A DNA stretch of 64,000 nt, from contig MU061506.1 in NCBI GenBank assembly GCA_013265495.1, forward strand, positions 1,364,001-1,428,000, in the 5' to 3' direction. The stretch comes from Vicugna vicugna (Eukaryota). The notes beneath the pieces were generated by a model. The model did not search any database. It worked only from the letters and a program-made list of their open reading frames with translations, and was not told the DNA's origin. Every line of letters begins with the position of its first letter. Positions within the stretch are counted from its first letter, which is position 1. The translations under genes and the position numbers were made by a program. This document shows, one piece after another, positions 1 through 10,430 of the stretch.

Positions 1-1310
1 ATCTGCTGCCAAAACACTAAACTGGCTTTGACATCCGCACAAGCCTTTGCAGCAAGTTGTCATCCAATTTTGTCAGCTTCAACCTACAATGTTCTGTATG
101 GTCAATCAAAATATAGTCCTGCAATGTAGACTTTCTGAAAGTGCCAAACTATCTCAAGGACAAATGGCCCAAATCGTTGAAAATGATTTAGGTATGAAAA
201 ATCAAACCTAAGAAATCCAATAAATCAACCACGCTAGACTTTCCTGCAGCATGCCCAAGTACGGCATGTGGCTAGTTCACGGCCCAGAAGGAAGAGAAGC
301 TGATGAATATTAGTTACACTACATAGAAGCCCAGTGATGATAAACATTTGCCCATTTGGAATCCTATGTTTGCTTTGGCAGCACAGATACTAAAATTGGA
401 ACCACAAGGGCAATTATATTTGGGGATCAACCACATGAATAATCCAGCAGATCTCAGAGATCCCCGGAATAGCCTTCTTTCATTCAATGAGATGATGAAC
501 CCCATCTTTAACAGCGTGCTCCTGGGTGTCTTTCTCAGTTAGCACATCATTTTAAAATTCTTCCCTCCAAGCTTTATGTTCCAGTTCTGAAAAAAGCCTG
601 AGATGTTCTTTACCCAATAATAGTAACTTGCTCTTTCCTGTGATTGGCCTTACTTCCAGCGGAGTAAAATTAAACAACTACAAATAGCAATCCAAGTAAC
701 AACTTCCATATTTTTCTTCCTTGCGCTTTCTTTAAATAGTTTCTTCTTCTTAGGAGGAAGTGTTTGCCACCATTTCCTTACGCCCCTGAATACTTAACAG
801 TGATTGCAAGCAGTTTCTGTCCTGGTTTAAGCATTACCAAGAGGAGAGGAAATCTCAAGGTGAAGCTGTGAAATGTGGAAACTCTTGATGTCTCTTTGGG
901 GACAACTGTTTAGAGGACACAATACTGAAAACGCAGGAATGACTACAGCTTCTTTTATTAGCAGCTGCCTTGAAAAAGATTCATTCCATGCGGTAATTTT
1001 GGGCTTATCATTCCAAATTTCCTTACTTTCGATACTCAAGAGGCATCCTGTTCTTTTATTACTGGAAGTCCTATAGAAATGAATCTTTCCAAGCAGAAAA
1101 GCCAACCTCTCACACTGATTTACTCCCAGGCCTTGAAACTTATTTCCTATTTGATTAATTTGTACTAAATGACAGTTTGGTGAGGTTATAGCTAGTGTGT
1201 TACATTTTTTCCAGTTGTTGCAGTGAATTAAATCAGAAGAAAACACAATTTCTAGGAGCAGGCTGCAGTCCACGGATGAAACCTATCTTTCTTTTGCTTA
1301 ATTTATTCCA
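1..1310 (-). pseudogene. OMA1: Processed pseudogene of OMA1 (mitochondrial inner-membrane zinc metalloprotease, peptidase M48); 3' part continues beyond the left edge
   Basis: Minus-strand translation follows OMA1 collinearly without introns: [233 protein letters not shown]. Start codon is ATA (1284-1286), with stops at e.g. 1233-1235 and 552-554 and several frameshifts. The HEXXH zinc motif is changed to RELA-H with a +1 frameshift (264-281). Confidence 0.96.
366..402 (+). pseudogene. RNU6: 3'-truncated U6 snRNA retrocopy (U6 nt 1-37)
   Basis: ATGTTTGCTTTGGCAGCACAGATACTAAAATTGGAAC vs U6 GTGCTCGCTTCGGCAGCACATATACTAAAATTGGAAC: 32/37 identical, two mismatches at CpG. It interrupts the OMA1 pseudogene in the opposite orientation. 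Confidence 0.92.
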
Positions 1311-1369
1311 ACAGTGGCTATTGTGATGTGTCCCCCCAAACAGTGATTGTGTTTGTTTAACTCCTTTTC

Positions 1370-1528
1370 TGAGTGAGTTGGTAACTTTGTAACTGCTTAT
1401 GTCCTTTTCTCCCCTACTACAAACTCAGTGAAAAAAAGGGTCATGTCTTAATTACCATTGTAACACCAACACCACGCAGAATACCTGCAAATAACAGATG
1501 CTCAGGAAATATGCTGAAGGAAAGAATG
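1370..1528 (+). mobile_element. L2 LINE 3' end (degenerate)
   Basis: Resembles the L2 terminus (...cagatgctcaggaaatatgctgaaggaaagaatg). Confidence 0.55.
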
Positions 1529-1574
1529 TATGGACAAGCAAGGCTGTTTCTTGAATGCCCATTATGGCACTATG

Positions 1575-1800
1575 ATGTAGTCATTAGCCTTGAACTAAAA
1601 ATCAAACACTTGGGTTCAAGGCACGATGCCATCCATTTTCATCATGTATGCTTTCATCAATCTTAAGAGCTCTAAGCCTCAATTTCCTTATTTGAAAAAT
1701 GAGCAGAAATCTAATCAGCTAATTTTACTAAGACTTGCGAGGCTCTATCAAGATAATGCAGATGAAAACATTGTGAGTTTTAAGCTACTATAAACACATG
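1575..1800 (+). mobile_element. MIR SINE
   Basis: Core ctctaagcctcaatttccttatttgaaaaatgag with flanking MIR-like sequence. Confidence 0.7.
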
Positions 1801-3044
1801 AACAGACATGGCATGTCACCCTGACATCCATCAGGGAAATCATTTACAAATGAGTGGGAAGGGTAAGGAAGTGGAGAATACTTAACTTGCCAGAATTCTC
1901 AAGGCAGTATGGTATAGAGTTGGATGATATATTTGATAAGCTATGTGAGGAAATAAGTGAGATTCCCTTACCACTCCCATTCCAAGATCACTTTTAAATC
2001 ATGCTCAATAACGCATTTTTCCAAGGAGGTCTCCACTTAATTGCAGCTCTTTTGAAGAAAGAGTGCAATGTAAAAGAATGGAGCCAAAGGTACGTCGCTT
2101 GAGGCACAGTGGATGAGTTTTTTTCAAAAACTTCCCCTGAAATTAATCAAAGAGACAAAATTTTATTTCTTTAAAGTAACATTTGGAGCTGATGCCTGCC
2201 TACCAAAGATACCAAGTTAAAAGCCTGCCTGAGATGTACGCATATTGTAATGGTCCAGCTTCATGTATAATCATGTCAGAATCATATCGGACTATATCAG
2301 ACCTAAAGAAAAATCTGGTCATTGTGTCATAAAGTCAGACTATAGTAGTATAGGTGAGACCAAAGTCGATCTTATTAGCCAAAAAGTTAATATCACACCG
2401 AAATGTGGGGACAAACCTGAAGCCAAATGCAGTACTCTACCTCATGCTGAACCAAACGTTTTACAAGTGATTACATTTTAAGTATTGATTCAAAAGCACT
2501 GAACAGATCAGTTATTCGTACCACATTTTCCCATTCCCTTTCTCCAAAAGGATGGCCTGCATTTAAACTAGGCAGATGAAAACTGTTAACAGCTTGCTAA
2601 TGGATGTTAGAATCTTAGCTCACTTTATTCATGTCCCTTCATTTATTCTATTCATCAAATATGTATTAGATACCTAAATGGTCCCAGCAGCTGGAGCTGC
2701 ACAGGGAATTACAGTAAATACAAACAAACATTGTGTGTGTGTGTGATCTGAAATGTTTACTAGTCGTGGTATGAGAGAAGAAACACACCATTAAAATAAA
2801 ACACTTGGCTCTTGGGCTAATTTCCAAGATACATTCGCAAAAATGTCTGTTTTTTCTGTGTTCCCTCTTCGCAACTGCGTTGAATCGGGACTATGAAGCC
2901 ACCAGAGATTTGACTGCACTATTTCATTTCTCTTATGCAAATTAAATGGAATGCCAGCATTCAAATAATGCCTACGCTCATCTTGATACTTTTCTAAGAT
3001 TACCTGAAAACTTTAAAACAGTTTGAAACAAACACTCCTATACA

Positions 3045-3360
3045 TTAATTTATTCAGTCACCAAAGATTTACAGTATCCATCATGTACCCAGAACGGTGA
3101 ATAAGTACTGAGGAGTAAAGATACAAAGAAGACTGCTCCAGAATGACTCATTATTTGCAAATAAGCAGCAATTGAACAGATTACAAGTCAATGTGATAGG
3201 ACAAAGGTATCATTTAATTCACGATACAGAGGGTGCTCAGAGATACATGGAGAAGAGTGAGGTTAATTGGACCTCAGTATTCAGACGAGGTTTCCTGGAG
3301 AATGTTAAGTTAAAGTTACATTTGGAAAGAAGACTAGGGGTTGAAAGTAGGGATGGGTGC
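3045..3360 (-). mobile_element. L2 LINE 3' region
   Basis: ttaatttattcagtcaccaaagatttacagtatccatcatgtacccagaac resembles the reverse complement of the L2 3' end. Confidence 0.6.
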
Positions 3361-3794
3361 GTCAAAATGAAGGCTTAGCATTCACCAAGGGACAGAATCC
3401 TGCCACAAAATGTGTTCCCTGGAAAATAGAACCAATTTATGACTGCTGGAGCAAAAACTGCAAAGGAGTAGTTACGATAAAGTTGTTTTTGGATATTACT
3501 AACTTGCATACAAGTCCATCTCCCTCTGATCCATTAGTTGAAATTTGCATGGAGTTGTCCACATCCTCTGTCTCTCTTTCAGACTGTGTTACCTTTGTGA
3601 TGTTGTAGTTACAATACTGTTAAAAACAACAATGTCCTTGTGAAACATCTAGCCAACGTAATTTAGAATAGACTATATAAATATAAAGACAAAATTGGGA
3701 GGACACTTTGAAATACCTTTCTATAGCCATAAAAAGTTTTGTCCAAGATCCTTGGCCCGTCTTACAATTTTCCTCCCTAGCATCTTACTTTCTA

Positions 3795-3895
3795 ATAAGT
3801 TTTCACTTTTCCCCTTCTCCTTCCCCTCCCCTGTCCCTTCCCCCTTTCTTCTTCCTCTTTCTCTTTGTCCTCTTCCTTCTTCTTTTCATTTTTAC
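3795..3895. repeat. Polypyrimidine low-complexity tract
   Basis: About 100 bp of almost pure C/T. Confidence 0.9.
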
Positions 3896-4635
3896 AGGTG
3901 ACCCTCTGTGTCTGTAACTAACCTTTCATCTGCCAAGTAGTTTTAAACTTAAGTTTCCAGAATTCTTCAGAACTTCCTGCGGAGACCCCTTGGGGATGGC
4001 TGATCCAGTGGCATTCCAGGCTCCCTTTCTTCCCCTGATCTCAGGCAGCTTCACAAAGATCTACCATTTAAATTGGGGCATAAGCGAGATTTCATTTGAA
4101 AAGAGAGCTCCTATGCATCTTTACATTTTAAAATCACCCTCTTTCTTATCTAATTCTCATCTTTTGAGGATAAACTGAGACAAACGAAGGAGACATGATA
4201 GTATCAGTACTATATAGCTACCCAGACAGAATTACAATGAAACATGGGTCTTTTACTCTCAGATGCTCATCCCGTTGGCTTATTCCAGGCAAGAGTTCTC
4301 CTCCGTCACATCGCCCTCTGCAGGGGAAGAAATCTCTGTCCAGGAAGTGTAATAACATGTGCTGTGTCCCGTCAAGTGTAGACTTAATTGCCACCTAATC
4401 TCCTTTTAGTTCTAATCAGAACTGCTCTGCCCCAAATTTTCAATATGTAATTCAATTTAGAAGACATGAACTATACATTTACTAAACTGACTATGCTCAG
4501 TCTTGGAAATAACAAGGTTGAAAAATAATATACTCCTTGAAATGGAGTTTCTTATCAACTTCCTTGGGGATTGGGGACTCAGACATGCATACATCTGACT
4601 CCTTGAGTGAAACCAGATCTATGTTAGAGACATTT

Positions 4636-5101
4636 CATTATGAGTTAAATTATGTCCCTCAAAAGAAATGCTGAAGTCCTAACCCCTAGTATCTCAGTAA
4701 GTGACCTTATTTTAAAATGAGGTAGTTGTGGATATGACTTGTAAATTAACATGAGGTGCTACTGGAATAGGGTGGGGCCCTAATCTAGCATGATTGGTGT
4801 CCTTCTAAGAAGATGACCATGTGAAGACACAGAGACACAGGGAGGACACCACGTGAAGATGGAGGCAGAAACAGGAGAGATGCATCTGCAGTCTGAAGGA
4901 TACCAAAGATTGCCAGCCATCGTTAGAGGCTAGGAGAAAACCGTGGGCTAGATTCTCCCTCAAAGTCCTCAGAAGAAACCAAGCCTGAGTATGACTCCTT
5001 AATTTCAGACTTCTAGCCTCCAGAACTCTGAAACAATAAGCTATTGTTTCAAGCCACTCAGTTTGTGGTACTTTGCTATGACAACCACAGGAAACCAATA
5101 C
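4636..5101 (+). mobile_element. MaLR solo LTR (MLT1B/C-like), near full length
   Basis: Starts ttatgagttaaattatgtccctcaaaa, has the internal gtgaagacacagagacacaggga...gtgaagatggaggcaga block, ends tttgtggtactttgctatgacaaccacaggaaaccaatac. Confidence 0.88.
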
Positions 5102-5428
5102 GTGTGCATAAAGTCTACAGATGAAGAAGATACTGTCGACCTTGATGTGTACCTGGTGCACTGCTCGGAGTAGGTGACACTTGAGTTGGGCACCCAGCGG
5201 TAGGTTGGAGTCAGCCAGAGGGAAAAGGCAGGGCGTGCATTCACAGCACAGAAGAAACCAGGAGCAAAGGACAGGATTTGGAAAGGTCTTTTGGGGTTTG
5301 AGTAATGCGAAGCAGCCTATGTAGCTCCAGCGTAGAACACGGGGTGCTTGGGCAAGGACTGATGCAACGCCCTTTTGCAACAAGAGAGGTTACTTTAAAT
5401 CAAGAAAAACTTCAGGTTTTGGAATCAC

Positions 5429-5478
5429 TGTGTGTTTTTGCCTGTGTGTGTGTATGTGTGTGTGTGTGTGCGTGTGTT
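5429..5478. repeat. (TG)n microsatellite, interrupted
   Basis: Directly visible alternating TG run. Confidence 0.9.
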
Positions 5479-5499
5479 TAAATATGTATTTATCCCCCA

Positions 5500-5671
5500 N
5501 NNNNNNNNNNNNNNNNNNNNNNNNNNNNNNNNNNNNNNNNNNNNNNNNNNNNNNNNNNNNNNNNNNNNNNNNNNNNNNNNNNNNNNNNNNNNNNNNNNNN
5601 NNNNNNNNNNNNNNNNNNNNNNNNNNNNNNNNNNNNNNNNNNNNNNNNNNNNNNNNNNNNNNNNNNNNNNN
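5500..5671. other. Assembly gap (172 N)
   Basis: Run of N. Confidence 1.
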
Positions 5672-5677
5672 AAATGA

Positions 5678-5876
5678 TTTCTTCCTTTTTCTTTCCCTCT
5701 TTACTTTCTCCTCTTTCTTCTTTTCTTTTAGTTGTGGTTTATCTCTACCTCCCTCCCTCTCACGTCCTCTCCCTTTCTCTCTCCCTCCCTCTCTTCTTTC
5801 CTTCTTTTTTGCATTCCTCCCTCCCTCCTTCCTTTCCTTCCTTCCTTCCTTCCTCCCTTCTCTTCTCTTTCCTTCT
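5678..5876. repeat. (CT)/(CCTT)n polypyrimidine tract
   Basis: About 200 bp C/T-rich, with CCTT tandem units at about 5826-5855. Confidence 0.9.
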
Positions 5877-6029
5877 AGGAGATCACAGAAGATTTCCCAT
5901 GTTGATGTCCCAGCTCATTTAGTAGCAAGAAGCAACAGTCCCTTGGTTTGTGGACAGTCAGCCTAGAAATTACACAAACTTGAAATAATGTTAATAAACA
6001 AGTCAAGGATATTATTTGCTCTTTCATTT

Positions 6030-6450
6030 ATAGTATTATGAACATGGCATTCAGATCTGTTCACAATCTGAGCCCAAACTATTTTACCAGCCTTGTTTTG
6101 CAGGACACATTTTCAAACCTCAGTGTATTTGGCTTCCCCGCTCCCCCTTTCCTTGGGAAGCTGATTTTCACCCTCTCCACCTACCACACTCCACTTACCT
6201 TTCAATATCCAGCTCAAATAGCCCTCCCTTTTAATCCATTTTATGATGCTCATTGGCAGGACTAATCATTTTCTCCCCTGGATTCTCCTAGAGCCTTGTA
6301 CATTCTTCTATCCTTGCCTTATTGTGATGGATATTTATTTTCATACATCTCCTCCAATAACCTGAAGTCAAAAATGGTTTCTCATTGTTCCCATATCTGC
6401 AGTGTCCAACAGAGTGACTGACACAAAAAAGCACTCTGTAAATTCTCACT
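6030..6450 (+). mobile_element. L2 LINE 3' region
   Basis: atggcattcagatctgttcacaatctgagcccaaactatttt...ccagctcaaat...cagtgtccaacagagtgactgacacaaaaaagcactctgtaaatt, typical L2 3' succession. Confidence 0.7.
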
Positions 6451-9359
6451 GAAGACATTCTTGATTGAAAAGAAATTGCAGTCTTCCTACAACGAGCAAA
6501 AAGCTGGTCTTTAATACCCGTGCAACTCTTCCTGAAAATTATTTGCACCCTTGCCAACTTGAAGGGCACTAGTGATGTCAGCAACTGGGCACCTGAGGCA
6601 GAAAACCACTTAGAACGCCAAGTAGAAGACTGACAGGGAACTCAACCTTTCTTGGTATGTATATATTCATGCGGCCGAAACGGGGCATCTTGTGGGCTTC
6701 AAATTCAGTGTAGGAGCACGATGATGTATTCACGAACAGTTCTGCAGCAACAGGAGACAGAAAGGGTCGCCACTCTCAGCTACTCTGGGATCGGCTGCAC
6801 TGTGCCGAGACGGTTCCTGAGAGTCAGTGTGCTCCAAGTGACTGGTGAGGGAGGCCTGCCGGAGAGGTCACAGGAGGGTCACAGAAGGAGCAGTGGCAGG
6901 TGTGGCACGTGTGTTTAACACGTCTCTGTTCTTCTAAAACAGAGCTTATGTCTTTCTTCTTAAAACCCCTGACATATTACTTGACACATGGAACATGATC
7001 CACAAAGGACTTTGAATGAATGAATGATTGTCTAACCTAATAAACAGCAGGAATGCACAGTCACCAGCTGCATGGTTACAGCTCTGTAATTCCTGCATCT
7101 CTCCATTCGGTTTAGCATTTTCAATGACTTTTTGATATAAGAAGCTCTAAAAATTATACTGCATGACCCTTACTGCAGCAACTTAATTTCAGCATCATTG
7201 ACTTTGATAATGGCCTTTTTTGTCCTTCACTTGCTCAGTGGAAAGCTGTGCGCTGCGTGGGGCTAACAGCCCGCAGACTGAGTAAGCATAGCTTCTGACA
7301 GTGTTGCTTACAAGGACTGTGGTCTCCTCTCCCTAACACCTTTTTCTAACAAAGGACTTGGAAGTCACAGTAATATAAGATGTTAAGAAGAAAAGTGTGG
7401 AGAGGATAAAAGAGATGAGGTGGGCTCCGGTCCCTGGTAGGGAGGTAGAATGGAAGGTACCATGGGTGGTGGAGGGTCTGAAAGAGGGGGAAGAGCAGGG
7501 GTGTAGTGGTGGAGGGCAGGGACCCACAGGCACCAGGGATCAGCCTCACCCCACCGCCCCCAGGCATGTCACTCTTCCCCTCCCTGGTGTCCTCACCTTC
7601 ATTTCTTTGATGGGCAAATTGAATAGGTTTTGTCCTGAAGAGACCTCTACATCTGTGTGGCACTTTTCACTGAAGAGCCACAGCGCTGGACCCTGGGTTA
7701 GGGTGTGGTTTTGCCACATCAGGAGGATGGGATTTTGTTACATGGAGAAACCCTACCCTTCCTGTACCTGGGTTTTCCCATCCTCCTTAGAAAGGTTACG
7801 GTATGTGAAGGGACTGAGATTACAAACGAGGAGGAACTTTTACGGAGTGTCAAGCGCTACAGAAACATGTCTTGATTGTTATCTTTACATTGTCCTTGAG
7901 GTAGGATAGGATTTCTCAAAGGAGGAAAGAAACTCAGTCTCTGACAGGTCAAGGAGCAGAGATTAAAGGAGCACACGGTGATCAGCGGCAGTGTTCTAGA
8001 TCCTGGCCTTGTGGCTTTCACCTCAGTCTGTTTTTGTTTCTGCTTCCCTCATCCTCATCCGCAGAAACCAGGCTGTCAGTACAGTACGTGGACTTTAGTT
8101 AGGAGGTCTTTTTTCATTCCAGAAGGGTAACCTTACTTGTTATATTTATGATCATCTAAGTAGCCTGTTTTATTTTAATTTAAACCTAAAATTAATCAAT
8201 CTAAATAAGGAATTTATTTTTATAGTTAGAAGGGAATCTTCTGGTAAGCATCTCACAGACCTGGATCCTGAGGCTCTGCATGGTTGATAAATTGCTTACC
8301 TGGTGACAAATGAACTACAGTGGCAGAGCCAGTGTAATAGCCCCCTGCTGATGCATGTCACCCGGCCCCGTCTGCCTTTCCTTGACTGACGGTCAGGTTA
8401 AATCCAGAGAGAACAATCGTCATCAGCAACATCGAACACTTCAAGCAGTATCTGTCAGCAGGCTTCTAAACCACTCGCGCAGTCAGGCCAGGAGTCTTAA
8501 GAGCTTTTATATAGATACTTGGAACTTGTATTCCGCAAGTAATTGTTCTTAAGTGTTCTGAGTGAAAGAAAATAGTTTTGATCAGGAAGGAGATGGGTCC
8601 TTACCCGCCATCTCTTGCATTGAAAAGAGGGTGTGGTGCAGCCCTTCCTAGAAAGCAAAGCTGGGAGGAAGGTGGGCAAGACTCCCATGTGGGGATTTGT
8701 TCTTTTCCCGCAGGACCACTTAGCTACCAACCCGTCAGTCACCAGCTTACATCTCTCCCTCCTCCTCTTCCTTCACTCTCCAATGGGGAAAATTCTCCTC
8801 TGCTCTCTGGCTTGTGAAACAGCCCGGGTTTCTCTGGCTCTCCCCTCTTCGGCTAAGAAACACACATTTATGATTAATCAAACTACAAATACGTAATTGT
8901 CAGTCTGAGGATGGCTTCTTTAGAAAGAGCCAGGGACTGCGTATTGAATGCTTTGAAGCACATTTTCACCCCAGGAGTTAAGCTAACTTCTGTTGAGAAT
9001 TGTCTCCAGCTAAGTCATGTTGAAACAGAAGCGCCTCTGTAAACCCCAGTTTCACACCATGAAAGATTCCACTCTACGCTAAGAATCTAAGAATAGTTTG
9101 GGGGGAAAACGTGACAGTCTTTTAAAATGAGAAACCAGCAAAACCTCCACAAACCTTCTCATTAACATAGTGATTTCTAATTTACAAAGCACTTTCCGCT
9201 GGCTGGCCTTGCCTCTCTTTCACTTTAAACCACAGAACAACCGCACTGATTACTCAGAGTTTGTTGTGGAAATCGCCCCGACACCCCATCCAGCACCATT
9301 GACAAAAGTAAGATCCTTGAGAAAGCCATGCTCCTCTCACCGCGAGCATCTGCTCCCAC

Positions 9360-9718
9360 TGGTTTCTCTGTCCAGGACTTCCCAAGGGAACCTCACCCAC
9401 CCTCTCCCCCTCTGTTTAGTTAACTCCCTGTTATCCTCCAGGCGTGAGCTCAAAAGAAATTTTTCAGGGACATCTTCCCTGACCATCCCTACTCTAAACA
9501 TGCCTTACGTACATAGGCATGAAATACAGAATCGTGTTTCTATCATCCAGAGTATTTGTAATCAGTTTCTAGTTATTCATTTCTCATTGTAATTTTTAAA
9601 AATATTTGGTCACCCTATTAGGCTGCACGTCATTTCTGTGCTTAGCTTACTGTTGTATCTACGGCACATGTCTAACATATAACAGCTCAATAAATACGTG
9701 AGAATGAAATGAATGATC
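9360..9718 (+). mobile_element. L2 LINE 3' end
   Basis: Ends cagctcaataaatacgtgagaatgaaatgaatga. Confidence 0.7.
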
Positions 9719-10029
9719 ACGACCCAGCTGAGAAATTTGAAGCTCAACGCAACACGCCAAAGGTCATGTTACTAATAAGAGTTTTTGAAGCCAGAGAGAC
9801 TTGAGATTTCCAATTTCAAAATTTTAGCATTGACCTTTACTCATTTGGGTGATTTTCTTTGAGTCTCTGGTCCTATTTTTCTGGTATCTGTTAAATTCAT
9901 ACAATAGACACTAAGAGGATAGTTGTGAGTTCTATGAGAAATAAAGTACATGTAGTGTTTGTGTGATATAATGCTTGTTGACTTGTCAATTATCCCGATT
10001 AACAAGGATTGTTTGAAAGATAGGCCCAA

Positions 10030-10430
10030 CACGGAGATGTTTTGGAAAAAATGAAAGATCTCTCATAGTAAAATCAGAGAGTGAACTCACAGGGTTTTTA
10101 CGGGCAGATTTGCTTGAAGGATAGAGCTAAGGAAACAGCCAAGAGAGTAGCTTGAAAAGTTGTCTCAAAAGAGGGCTTCCATTATTTAAAAAGAGAGAGA
10201 GAGAGAAGAGAAAAAGAATGAAAGAAAAGAAGAAAAGAAAAGAAATAAATTCAAGTAAGCATTAACTATCAAGAGAGGTTCAACTCAAGTTTCTTAATTT
10301 AATCTTGTATTTGATCCACCAGGCCACCTGGGGTGCCCTATAATGTTATCACATCCAGTGTGTAATTTATAACCTCTGTATTGTAGTCCCACATCCAGGC
10401 ATGCTGGTGATCTTCAAGGAGAAAAGAATT
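10030..10430. mobile_element. Possible ERV1-class LTR remnant containing a purine-rich (GA/GAAAA) tract
   Basis: General resemblance to ERV1 LTRs only; family not assigned. Confidence 0.35.

Noticed and set aside
348-542. 64-aa + strand ORF ([20 protein letters not shown]...)
   Set aside because: It is antisense OMA1 pseudogene plus the U6 insert.
4805-5383. 192-aa ORF, the longest in the track
   Set aside because: It lies across the MLT1 LTR and an L2 remnant; repeat-derived.
5430-5966. 178-aa ORF
   Set aside because: Artefact of microsatellites and the N gap.
7397-7909. 170-aa ORF in G-rich sequence, with scattered G-runs
   Set aside because: GTG start, no recognisable domain or splice context; the G-runs have long irregular loops, making a weak G-quadruplex candidate.
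50-8469. A phase-compatible + strand gene model (about 50-191, 2047-2089, 8397-8469) reading ...IVENDLALLKKECNVKEWSQRLNPERTIVISNIEHFKQYLSAGF*
   Set aside because: The first exon is simply the antisense strand of the OMA1 pseudogene, and its donor lies in an inversion scar. Phase agreement arises easily by chance (acceptors at 3897 and 5879 fit equally well), and no protein similarity was recognised.
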